A DNA stretch of 53,490 nt from a virus. Shown one piece after another: positions 26,947-38,000 of this stretch (the first letter of the stretch is position 1; the number at the start of each line of letters is the position of its first letter). A program made the translations under genes and the position numbers. The stretch lies in the UHGV virus genome UHGV-1366525. The stretch is one strand, 5' to 3'. The notes beneath the pieces were generated by a model. It worked only from the letters and a program-made list of their open reading frames with translations, did not search any database and had not been told where the DNA came from.

Positions 26947-29031
26947 ATGGACAAAATGCTCGAGCGGCTTAATGAGAGATTTCCGAATTGCTTGTATGTA
27001 CAGATTAGGAAATACGACCATAAGTTCTGGGAAGGCAAAGAATATGATTCTAAGCATGAGAATAAAGCGCCGCTCACGCCATGGAGAACAAATCCCTTGT
27101 CATTTGAGCAGGCAGAAAAATGTGCCGAAGAAGATTATAGAATCGGTTGGATTGTACCAGAAGGATATGTCATTGTAGATGTAGACAATGAGGACCATCC
27201 GGAGAGTTCTGCGAAAGTAGAGCAGATTCTCACAGCATTAAATATTAAGTATGGTTATAACAGAACTTCTCGTGGCGTTCACTTCTTGTTCAAAGATACG
27301 AAACTTTCTTGTACAAGTGATGCCGTTACAAAATGTTCTCTCGGAATTACCGTCGACCATAGAGCAAATAGAAAAGGTTATGTCATCTTGCCTACGAATG
27401 ACCCTCATCGCGTATGGGGAGAAATTCCGGATGAGCTTGATGAGATTCCTTATTTCTTAAAGCCTATGATGCTCGCTAAAGGACAGATTGAGTCTTTCAT
27501 TGGCATGGGCGAAGGCGATGGCAGAAATGAAGCATTGTTCAAATGGCGTTCTGCCTTATTGAGAACAAACAAATTGTTGACAGAAGAAATAACAGAATCT
27601 CTCAAACTTATCAATGAATACTTGTTCGCTGTTCCTATGCCTGAAAGTGAGATGAAAGGTTCTGTTACAAAAGAACGTAAGACAGATGAGAAGTATCGGC
27701 AGAGTGGTGAGAAGGTAAAACTTAATGTCCTTGAAAAGGAAAATATCTGCAATGTCATTGCCTCTAAAATGGCAAGAGAATATGACTTAATGTGTATTGG
27801 TAAGAAACAGTTTTATAGATTCGATAAGACACATTATAAGTCATTAGATACGATTGACGTAGAACGGATGATTCACTATGACATCAGTGAGAATCTGTCG
27901 AGTTCTCATCGTAAAGAAATAATGGAATTCTTAGCAATGAAAACATATGTTAAAGCAAATACCGTCGACCAGATTTGGAATAAGATTGCTGTAGGAAATG
28001 GCGTTCTTGACCTCGTAACAGGTGAATTATATGAACCTGACCCAGAAGAGAAAAACACCATTTCTATACCGTGGAATTACAACTCTGACCCTCTGCCATC
28101 TCCAAAGATACAAGAGTTCATGGCTCATATATCTGCAAATAAAGATGGTTCGCCGAATGTACAGAAAATGCAATTCTTGTATCAAATCGCAGGCTATTGC
28201 CTATTAAAGAGAAACTACTTCTCTAAGTTCTTCATCTTTCAAGGCGATGGTGGTACAGGCAAATCTACGTATCAAGACCTCATCGTTAAACTCATAGGTG
28301 AGAATAATAGAGCACGTGTCGCGATTGATAAAATGGACAACGACTATTATCTCGCGACTCTCTTGTCGAAACTCATCAATATTGATGATGACGCTGTAGA
28401 TGGTAAAGTTCTTGAGAACACAGGTAGGTTCAAATCTCTTATCTCTGGCAATGAGATAACAGTTCGGCAAATCTTCCAAGAACCTATCACGTTTATTCCC
28501 TTTGCGACATGTATGTTCTCTTGTAATAAGTTGCCGAGAATTATGGATAAAACTTCCGGGCTTTATCGTCGAATTGTTATCATCGAGTTGAACAATAAGA
28601 TTGAAAAGCCTGACCCATTATTCTTATTTAAGCTCACTCCTCTTGATATGGAATACTTCTTGTATCAATCGGTTTATTGGCTCGGTATTGCATTGAGAGA
28701 AGGACAGTTTAGAATATCGCAAAGTGAGGCAGACCTTCTGCGTAAATTCAAATGCAGACAGAGTAGCTTGAATGAATGGTGTTACGAAGAGAATATCACC
28801 TTACGTGATGTATATGGTAAACAGATTAACTACTTATATTCTACGTATATCGAATGGGCTCAGAAAAATGGGTATCAAAAGTTGCCGAGTATGTTGACGT
28901 TCAAAGAAGATATTTGTGCTTTGTATAAAGTGGTGCCTATGTATCTCGATGATAACAAGAGAGCAACGACCCAAATCTTTGGTAGAACCGTAGAACCTAC
29001 TCTTGAACAAATGACAGAGGTACCATTCTGA
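26947..29031 (+). CDS. primase-helicase (AEP/PrimPol-type primase N-domain fused to a D5/SF3-type P-loop NTPase)
   Basis: AEP DxD motif VIVDVDNED and SRGVHFLF. Walker A FIFQGDGGTGKST. 694 aa. Confidence 0.75.
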   Translation: MDKMLERLNERFPNCLYVQIRKYDHKFWEGKEYDSKHENKAPLTPWRTNPLSFEQAEKCAEEDYRIGWIVPEGYVIVDVDNEDHPESSAKVEQILTALNIKYGYNRTSRGVHFLFKDTKLSCTSDAVTKCSLGITVDHRANRKGYVILPTNDPHRVWGEIPDELDEIPYFLKPMMLAKGQIESFIGMGEGDGRNEALFKWRSALLRTNKLLTEEITESLKLINEYLFAVPMPESEMKGSVTKERKTDEKYRQSGEKVKLNVLEKENICNVIASKMAREYDLMCIGKKQFYRFDKTHYKSLDTIDVERMIHYDISENLSSSHRKEIMEFLAMKTYVKANTVDQIWNKIAVGNGVLDLVTGELYEPDPEEKNTISIPWNYNSDPLPSPKIQEFMAHISANKDGSPNVQKMQFLYQIAGYCLLKRNYFSKFFIFQGDGGTGKSTYQDLIVKLIGENNRARVAIDKMDNDYYLATLLSKLINIDDDAVDGKVLENTGRFKSLISGNEITVRQIFQEPITFIPFATCMFSCNKLPRIMDKTSGLYRRIVIIELNNKIEKPDPLFLFKLTPLDMEYFLYQSVYWLGIALREGQFRISQSEADLLRKFKCRQSSLNEWCYEENITLRDVYGKQINYLYSTYIEWAQKNGYQKLPSMLTFKEDICALYKVVPMYLDDNKRATTQIFGRTVEPTLEQMTEVPF

Positions 29032-29624
29032 TGTTTATAATAGAATCATCACAAGAGAAAGTATTACAGGATTTGCAAGAATACGCGATTACAGATAAGC
29101 ATGATACGTTCGGATACTTAACTTTTAAGTATCCGGCGATTTATTCTATCGAGCCTGTTAAAGACAAAGAAAAACAAGAAACAAATACTACCTTCGTAGA
29201 GTCGGCAGAGATTCAGCAGATACCTCTTCCCCTCTTCGGAGGTACTATTGTCAATAATGCCGGCGATTTGGGATTTCTTCTTGTCTCGCGTGACCGTTGG
29301 AGTAAGTGGGAATATGGAGCAATGAAGTTTCTGAAAAGATACCTTGCCAAACATTATGGTATAAGTACAGAGATTAAAGGCAATGACATGTTGATTGATG
29401 GCAAGAAATTCGTAGGTACAGCTCATGGGTTCACACAATATCATAGATTATCTGCAATGTTTGTATCTATGAATTCTGACACAGAATGGTTAATAAAGCA
29501 TGTTTGTATGAAAGAAAATAAACATAAAGGCTTTATCGGATTAGACATTTTCGGTGTCTGTCCAAAAAAGTTAATAAATGCAATGAAAAATTACGCAATC
29601 AGATGGGAGGGTTACGAGTTATGA
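29031..29624 (+). CDS. hypothetical protein (197 aa)
   Basis: ORF track. RBS GAGGTA. Confidence 0.65.
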   Translation: MFIIESSQEKVLQDLQEYAITDKHDTFGYLTFKYPAIYSIEPVKDKEKQETNTTFVESAEIQQIPLPLFGGTIVNNAGDLGFLLVSRDRWSKWEYGAMKFLKRYLAKHYGISTEIKGNDMLIDGKKFVGTAHGFTQYHRLSAMFVSMNSDTEWLIKHVCMKENKHKGFIGLDIFGVCPKKLINAMKNYAIRWEGYEL

Positions 29625-31591
29625 AAGAACAGTTTTTTGACTTTGAGGTATTTCCTCAATGGTGGTGTTGTGTCATTGGAGAGTATGTAGATGATGAGAC
29701 AGCAAAGAATGAGTCTGCAAAAGATAACTTCTATGTTATATCATCTGATGACTTTGACGCTCGTAATCGTCTGCTGAATTTATTGACAAGAGAAGATTTC
29801 GTGGCAATCGGTTATAACAATAAAGGTTACGACAATATCATTCTTAACGCTATCTCTTGTAGTCTTACTCCCTCACAAGTATATGCCGTATCACAGATTA
29901 TCATAGGCGGTGATGAATGTGAATATGCTCTGATGTATCCAATGCTTATCTCATTCGCTCATAAGAGATATGCTAATTTTACCTATCAGGATATGCTTGA
30001 TGATAACACAGGCTCTCTGAAAGAAAAAGAGGCATGCATGGAACTTGACATTAGAGAAAGCGATGTGCCATTTGGCAAGAAAGATTTAACTGCTGCCGAG
30101 AAAGCCGATATTATTTCCTATTGTAAACATGACGTTTGGTCTGGTATGCAATTTTATCGTATTGTGCTTAAGCCATTTGTGGCGACAAAATTGCTCGTTG
30201 GCAAGGTTTTTAACATTGCGGAAAATGTGTGTTATATGTGCACCAATGCAAAATTGTCAGCGCGAGCACTACAAGCAACAAGAAAGAGTTTCCCAGATAA
30301 AGACAGACAAGATATTGTCATTCCGGACGGACTCAAGAGCTATATAACTTATAGTCTGCCGGCTGAAGTGGTCAAGAAAGTTTGTGCCTCTCCGGAGAAC
30401 TTCGACGTACAGTTATTTGGTAATAAAGTATCATATGCAAACGGCGGTATACATTCTGTTCCTCGTGAGAATATTATCGCAGGTGCTGATGAAGAATGGG
30501 CACTCATTAACGTTGATGCCGCATCTTTTTATCCGGCAATGATGATAAATTGGGGTCTCTTGTCAAGAGGAGTTCAACATCCTGAGAAGTTCAAAGAAAT
30601 GTACGAGGCAAGACTTAATTTCAAAAAAGTCATAGAACCATTTGAAGAGAAATGGGGCAAGAACACACATCTCGCACCGAAAGAAGAATACGAACATTAC
30701 AAGAATTGTAAAGAAACTTCTCAAGCATATAAACTCATTCTTAATACAACCTATGGTGCAAGCGGTAATAAATATCTTGACCTATATGACCCATATCATA
30801 CGACAAAGACATGCAGAATCGGTCAATTATTATTGACATCTCTTGCAAATAATATTTACAATCAATTAGGCACCGCAAATGTTGTAATATTGCAGACTAA
30901 CACTGATGGCGTTCTTTGTCTTGTGAAGAGAGATAAAATTGACCTTATGCATGCAATAGGTGATGAGTTTACAAGAGTAACGCATATTCTCCTTGAGTTT
31001 GAAGAAGAGCAAAAGATATGGCAGAAAGATGTTAACAATTACATCATGTTGAAGAAATCTGGACGTGAGAAGTCAAAAGGTGGTTTCTTTGTAACAGATA
31101 TGATTCAGCCCGGATACAACAGAGTAAGACCTCTCAACTGTTATGTGTGCCGTGAGGCGATTAAAGGTCTGTTGATGAGAGGTGAAGATATTGTAGAGCA
31201 TATTTACAATGAGAAAAGATTGTCTAAGTTTGTGATGACTTATGCAAAAGGCTCATTCTCCGGAATAGTACGAGAGTTTACCGACGGCAGAGAAGATGAA
31301 GTGTTGCAGAAAACAAATCGTTGTTATGCATCACTCAACACATCACTCGGAGAGATTAAAAAGCTCAAACGATACAAAGGTGAGGTCCGTAAATATAAAG
31401 CCCCCGGCTGTCCTCCCCATTGTGAACTCTTAAATAAGTCGCTTGATAAGTATGATATGAACGAAGTATCAAAAGATATAGATTATATGTGGTATATCCA
31501 AGAAACTTTGCGTTTATTATCTGATGTATGGTATGAAGTAAAAGATGGTAAGCTCATTCCTGTGGAGATTCTCCCCGAAGAATATAGATAA
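29621..31591 (+). CDS. family-B DNA polymerase with 3'-5' exonuclease domain
   Basis: Exo I FDFEVF, Exo II-like YNNKGYDNIIL, Pol motif A DAASFYPAMM, motif B KLILNTTYGASG, motif C LQTNTDGVL. Start at 29621 (MKEQFF) with GGGAGG RBS. Confidence 0.85.
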   Translation: MKEQFFDFEVFPQWWCCVIGEYVDDETAKNESAKDNFYVISSDDFDARNRLLNLLTREDFVAIGYNNKGYDNIILNAISCSLTPSQVYAVSQIIIGGDECEYALMYPMLISFAHKRYANFTYQDMLDDNTGSLKEKEACMELDIRESDVPFGKKDLTAAEKADIISYCKHDVWSGMQFYRIVLKPFVATKLLVGKVFNIAENVCYMCTNAKLSARALQATRKSFPDKDRQDIVIPDGLKSYITYSLPAEVVKKVCASPENFDVQLFGNKVSYANGGIHSVPRENIIAGADEEWALINVDAASFYPAMMINWGLLSRGVQHPEKFKEMYEARLNFKKVIEPFEEKWGKNTHLAPKEEYEHYKNCKETSQAYKLILNTTYGASGNKYLDLYDPYHTTKTCRIGQLLLTSLANNIYNQLGTANVVILQTNTDGVLCLVKRDKIDLMHAIGDEFTRVTHILLEFEEEQKIWQKDVNNYIMLKKSGREKSKGGFFVTDMIQPGYNRVRPLNCYVCREAIKGLLMRGEDIVEHIYNEKRLSKFVMTYAKGSFSGIVREFTDGREDEVLQKTNRCYASLNTSLGEIKKLKRYKGEVRKYKAPGCPPHCELLNKSLDKYDMNEVSKDIDYMWYIQETLRLLSDVWYEVKDGKLIPVEILPEEYR

Positions 31592-31592
31592 T

Positions 31593-31699
31593 CCCAGAAT
31601 ACGAGCTATTTGGATTTTAAGATATAATAGAGAGGAATTATAGAGAGTCTCGAATAAATCCTCATCAAGAATAATGGAATCTCTATTATATCTTAAAAA
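31593..31699. repeat. palindromic hairpin element, copy 3 (with 5' flank extension CCCAGAATACGAGCTATTTGG)
   Basis: Arms GGATTTTAAGATATAATAGAGAGG / CTCTATTATATCTTAAAAA, spacer ~45 nt. Immediately after the DNA-polymerase stop. Confidence 0.85.
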
Positions 31700-31707
31700 G
31701 GACAGAG

Positions 31708-32007
31708 GTGATAGATATGTACAAGCGAGGATACTCGATAATTGAAGGAAATATATTAGTCATAGGTGACACGACGACACCCTATGACTTTTGGACATGG
31801 AGAGAGGCGGCAAACTTTCTAATTGACAAATGTTATGGCATGAAGAAGGCAATGTATTTAGTAGAAAAAGACAGAGAACACCTGGTACTCAGGTGTCCTC
31901 TGACTGGAGAGTATCTTACGGTCCTCGGAAGCGAGGCCGATTTGGAGAAAATCAACAGAACTTTTATTCTACAAAACCTCTATCGCCAAGATAAACGCCA
32001 GAAGTAA
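31708..32007 (+). CDS. hypothetical protein (99 aa); last gene of the plus-strand block
   Basis: ORF track. RBS AGAGGTG. Its 3' end overlaps the 3' end of the convergent giant gene by 44 nt. Confidence 0.65.
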   Translation: MIDMYKRGYSIIEGNILVIGDTTTPYDFWTWREAANFLIDKCYGMKKAMYLVEKDREHLVLRCPLTGEYLTVLGSEADLEKINRTFILQNLYRQDKRQK

Positions 32008-35000
32008 CTCCTGCCGCCCGTAGACGTTGATACAAAGAGTTCTCTGCATAGTATTTGTGTCCTTGTTTAGTCCAATACCATATCTTTGCAATGGTAGAGT
32101 TTTGTGTCATTGTCCTATTTATTACGTTTGCCTTCTGCTCATCACTGAGTTTCGACCAAGGTAATGTACGATAACTGCCATCTTTCATCTTCACATTGTG
32201 TGATTGATTCTTGATATTCGCAAGAGCTATCTTGTTGAGTTCACCATATTTCTTGTTAACTTCATACCAATCAAGCTCTTTCTGGGCGCCATCTACTGTG
32301 ATATTCGCAGTTATGGCGCCCTTTTTCATACCCAAGCTCTCTGCATATTCTTGCATATCGCTTTGATATTCCCAAAGGATTCTCGGACCTATCAAACCAC
32401 CTTTCAGAAGTTCACCTATGAATGGCAAGGCATATTTCATTTGCGTTTCACCTGTGTAAGGGTCAACATATCTCTCGCCAAGAGGTTGGGTAGGAATCCA
32501 AGAATTAAGCCAACGTTCCCACATACCTTTCATACCTGAGGAGTATTTTATCTTCTCATTGTTGAGTGCTCTCACAAACAATTGCACAAACTGTGGTACA
32601 AAAGAACGGAGAATAGACTCAGTCTCTGTCAGCATAGCCTCATACATAGAACTGTCCCATCTGTGACGGTCGATAATGTCTTTCAACAAGAAGCCCTCTG
32701 TATAAGTGTTCCAGATGAAGTCCATAATATCTGTGGCACTCTTTTTGCCTATCTGCATGAGGGAAGCACCGACAAGGATAGACGAAGAGGCAAAGATGTT
32801 ACTGATATCTACTTTCACATCGCCAACAGTCATATAGAACTTGTCGTCATCATCCTCAATTTTCAGTACTCCTGTCGCAGCAAGAATTGCACCAAGCCCG
32901 AGCATTAACATTCCTATAACGCCTTTGCCTAAGTCACGCCGAGCATAAAACTCTGCCATTCTACTGTCAATAACGCTTTCACCTTTACGACGTCTCTCTG
33001 CAAGCTTTTGAGCTGTCTGTTCTATCTTTGTCATATTGTAGATAGAACGAATAAGACCTGCAGGTGTATATTTAAGCATTTCTTGGAACCAGTTGAATGA
33101 AGAGTTAATGAATGGTTGGAACCAATGCAATACTTCATACAATGTTCTGTGCTTGTCATACAGACCATCAATCATATCTGCAAGAGCAGAACGTTTCCGC
33201 ATGTAATCTGTATTAGCAGCAAGAATAGACTCTGCAAAAAGATTCAGCACATCGTGAGAAAGTCCTTGGTCAAGAGACACATTGCCTTTTTCTACCTCTA
33301 TTGTCAGCATCTTGCCGAGATAACGTGTAGCAGCGAGTTTGATAAAAGCTTTATCACTAATCATTCTATTGACAAAGTTAGAAATCATATTAGCTGTCTT
33401 GCTATCAAATCTGTGTTCTGCGGCATATTTTCTCTCAAGTGCTTGAGTAATGAGGCTTATAAAGAGTGTTTGCTCTCTCGTTTTCTCCTTGCCACGATAG
33501 TCATACTTGTTAACGCCCTCAAACAAATCTTTGAATGCCGGGTTGTTTTTAATCTCTCTGTCTATGAATGCCTTAACCTCATCGGAAGTTTTTACTTTTG
33601 CCAAGTTCCATTGGTCGGCTCTCTTATAAGAATCTTTCGGCATACCAATATTGCCAATGGCATCAGCAGCTCTATTAAGGACAAGGTTCACAACGTTAGA
33701 GACTTGGTTCCTCACCCATGTCATTGGAGATGACAGCATGAACGTATATCTTGCCGAAGTAAGTTTCTTGTACCATCTCTTGCCAAAGCCTTTTGGTTCT
33801 AAGCTTTTTTCTACAAAGAGATTTTCTACTCGCTTCATTTCCTCGGCAACTACTACCGCTCTCTGCTTGCGTTCTTCATAAGTTTTAGCATTCTGCAGAG
33901 CTTCAATCGCATCATACAAAGGTTCTGCCTCAAGTTCTGTGATATTATACTCATCAAGCATTCTCTGTTGAATTTGCTTGAGAGGATTTATCACATTGAG
34001 CATTTGTGAGACAGCCTGCAATCCGGAGCCATACGCACTTGCCAATCTCTCATACGTTTGTTGTACAATAGCCAGCTCAGCATCTGACATATTCCAGCCA
34101 TTTGTATTGCGTCTACCGGCATCAATTACATAACCCAGCAAGAAGAGTTGGAAAGCGTACAATTTGTTGACAGGGCCATTAAGAGTAGCGACACCAGACT
34201 GAATGAACTCTACCATATCGAGCATCTCTTGCCGAGTCATGTTCATAAGTGTCTCTCTATTTGCCTCATAAAAAGTATTCCAATTAGCTACCTCATGCTG
34301 CAATCTACTCTTAAACTCTTTAGAATCTTTTGTATAGAGATTGCCATTCTCATCAACAGACGCAAATTGTACCTTTGTATCTGCCATATCAGCAAAAGAA
34401 GTATCAAATATCTTGCGGACTATATCTGGCATTTCTACAGCAGAGACGATATTAAACACGTTAGGCGTATCAGAAGTTTTCTTTTTCTTCTTGTCTACCT
34501 TGAATTCTGTTGTTTTTACATTCTCTGGTGCTTTTATTTTGCCTTTCGATTTGTTAAGTGCCTCTACATCTTTTGCGATACGACGCTCTCTTTCTGTCTC
34601 TAATTGTTTAACACGTTTTGCCGTATCTTTGTTTTGATACACACCTGCTCTTGCATCTCTCGCTACAGCCTTCAAACGTTCTTCATTTCTTTGTGCAAAG
34701 GTTGTATCTTTTATATTCTGTCCACCGCGACCTACAAGATAGGTGTCCTCTTTCAATTTGCGTGTTTGATACTTCTTGCCATTCTCATCAGTTGTGGTGA
34801 CAGTTTCAAACATGTTGCGTACATCTTCAGGCAGAAGAGACCAAACAAGTTGACCTTCATTCACACGTTTCAATAATTGATTCGCATAACGAATAATATT
34901 CGCACGTACCTGTACATATTTCTTACGAGGAACTTCTCTACCGTCTATCTCTACTGTCGGACTCACGTCAGTATTCTGTGCATCTCTGATATAGTTATAT

Positions 35001-38000
35001 CTCAATGCAAGCTCTTGGTCTGTCATTCCTTCAAGTTTATTGCGATACTCGTCAACGGCTCTATCAACAGACTGCCTAATGAGTGCTCTCCTTTCTGTGT
35101 CAGACTTAAAAGTTCTGCTCTTTGCCTTCTGCTCTGCCTGCTGCTGATAGAATTTCTCTTGTCTTGTACTGAGAGCATAGATTACAGCGTCGCGGTTAAT
35201 CTCTGCGACTTCTTCCTCATACATGCCAATTATATCTCTTGCAGCCTCAGCATACTCACCTGTATAGCCTTCTTCTGTAGAGAATGTCTCGGCAAATGTT
35301 TTGTCCTCACCTTCCTTTATTTCTTTGTCAAGACTACCGACAATATTTCTATCTCTGTTCTGATAGTCTCTAATAACTCTACGGATAGCTCTTGCCGCAT
35401 AGAATGCGCCGGCTAATGTGCCATCATAGTACTGCATCATGAGAACTCTTGCCCATTGTGCTGTCTCATTGGCAAATTCTATCTCTTTACGTTTTAATTT
35501 GCCGGTGTTCTTATCTTCTACATAATACCAGTTAAACTTCTTAGCTTGATTCTCAATTTTGCGTTTCCATTTAGTGCCTTCAAGACTGTTTATAAATTTG
35601 AGGAAGGCATTTATATCATTTTCTTGTACAAGAGAGGCAAGGCTAAGACCCTCTCTACGAAGGACAAGAGCAGATGCATAGAAGATGGCAGGGTCAACAG
35701 TAGTTAATTTCTCAAGTTGAGACATATTCTCAATGGCTTTATTGTTGAAGAAAGACTCATTTATCAAGTCAAAGGTAAAGTCATTTACACTCTTAGCATC
35801 AACATTTCTAAACCATTCAAAGAATTTCTGCCGCGTCAGTTTGCCTCGTTTGATAGAATACACAAGCTCAGACGGTAACTCTTTCTCATGCCCAGTACTT
35901 TTAATAACAAAGTTTTGCAGGTCTGGGTCCATTTCATTAGAGCCATTCTTCTTGTAGAAATACTCAAGATTTGTACCCTCAGCCTTCGCCTTGGTAAACT
36001 TTCTGTCATTTTTGTACTGATACTTTCCCTCTGTAATCTTTTTACCTTTACGAGTTTTCGTCACGGCAGGGAGTTGCTCAATGCCTTTCTTCTCTTTACC
36101 AAATGTGGCTTTTTCAGGTTTCTTTGCCTTTTCTTTGGCTTTTGTAGTCTTTTCTTCGGCGGCTTTTATACGTTCAGGGTCATTAGCATTTAACCATGCC
36201 TCTGCCTCATCTTCATACTTATTAGAGATAAACTCTGTGTCATACATGCCTTCACCTGTTTTAGCATCATACCAAGGCATGAATATTTTTGCTTTACCTC
36301 CTTCGATTGTTACGTAGGCAGGTTTTGCTTGTATAATCGCAGGATTTATGCCAAAAGCTTGTTGCTCACCTCCTACAAGATAATATACGAATCTTTTAGC
36401 TATATCCACATCAGTGAGCCCAGAATTAGGATATACTTTACGGAACTCTGTAAACAAAGAAGGCGCATGCTTTTTAATATCTTTGAACATGGCATCTGTC
36501 ATCTCAAAGTCAACAGTAAAGCCACCCTCAAATCTATTGTACTCTTGCATCAAATGCCTAAACTCATGGTTTACTCTGTCCAAGAAATTGGCATTATCAC
36601 GCCCCTGCACATAGCCAATAGTTATCGCACCGTCAGGATATTTACTTGTTACGACAAATTGATTCTTAAGCCCGGGTTCAACAAGAACAACGATGTCACC
36701 CGGAACGCCTAATTTGTCAAGTTCTTCTTTAGAGTAAATCTCATCAAGTCTTGTTTCTTTTCCTTTATACTTCTCTTGTAAGTCTGTTTCCGTGTCATTG
36801 TTCTTTTTAAGAATGTCTTTTCTCAGCAAATCATCGAAAGAGTTATCATTAACAATGACATACTGATGCGTAGCTGCATTTCTATCAAGAGAGATGCCCG
36901 GATTGCTTTGCTCAATATAAGTTCTGAGGAACGAGTACACCTCACCTTCTGTCATATTTGCCGTACGAGCTACCAAATCTTCACGCAGATATTGCTGAGG
37001 ATTACGTACAATCTCGTCAATATTCACAGTACTTCTGGTAATAATGTCAAGACCATCTCTGAGCAAATTCCAGACAACTTGTGTAGCAGAACTTCTTGTC
37101 AATCTCGAATGGTAAGTATTTTTTCTGTTCTCATTATCAATAGGTCCTTCGTCGATAGCTTGCCGAACATTGAGGAACGTAGATATGAGCAATGCTTCTT
37201 CAGCCTGAGGACCGAGTTTAGCATTTGCATCTACCGAGAAAGCAGGAGCTTCAACAGTACGGAAAGGTATTCTGAATCTTGTGCCATCAGGTGCAACAAG
37301 ATAAGTAATGCCATTCTCTTCTTTACGTGTAAAACCTTTGACGAGTTTGCCATTGTGCATATTCATCTCGGACCAAAGTTCTCCTTGTACAAGACGATAT
37401 GCAGCATATGACAAAATATTCCTTGTATCTTCAGACAAAGAAGTTATCTTATTACTTGATAAATTACCTTGAATATTGTCAAGAGTTGTACCATTTCTCT
37501 TTGCGATATACTCAACAAGTGGAGTATAATGATTGTAGACATAAGCAAGTAAGTCTGTCATTTGATTAGCATTTTCACTCGAAAAGCCTGTACTTATGAA
37601 GTACTCGTATTGCAGCATATGATTCAGCTCATGTACAAGAGTACTTAATAGACCTTCTTGCCGAGCGTCAATCTCTATTCTTCTGTTCTCATAATTTGTA
37701 AGACCGAGATTTGTAGAACTCATATCTACACTATAAACATGCCAATTAGCAAGAATAGAGGCGAGCTTTGGATTATACGCGGTATTTAACTTCAGTATTT
37801 CTGTAAGAGCAACACCATCAGTATTTTGCAAAATAGTTCTAATCATGTTGTCTTGCTCTTCTATAGTACCTTTCAGCAACGTATCTACAAGGAGGTCTTG
37901 CGGAGCTATCTTTTTAACAATAGCAAAATCACCTACGACAGATTCTCCACTCTCACGTATATAAGTAACGACATCATCTGCCTCAGCAAGAATTGCCTGT

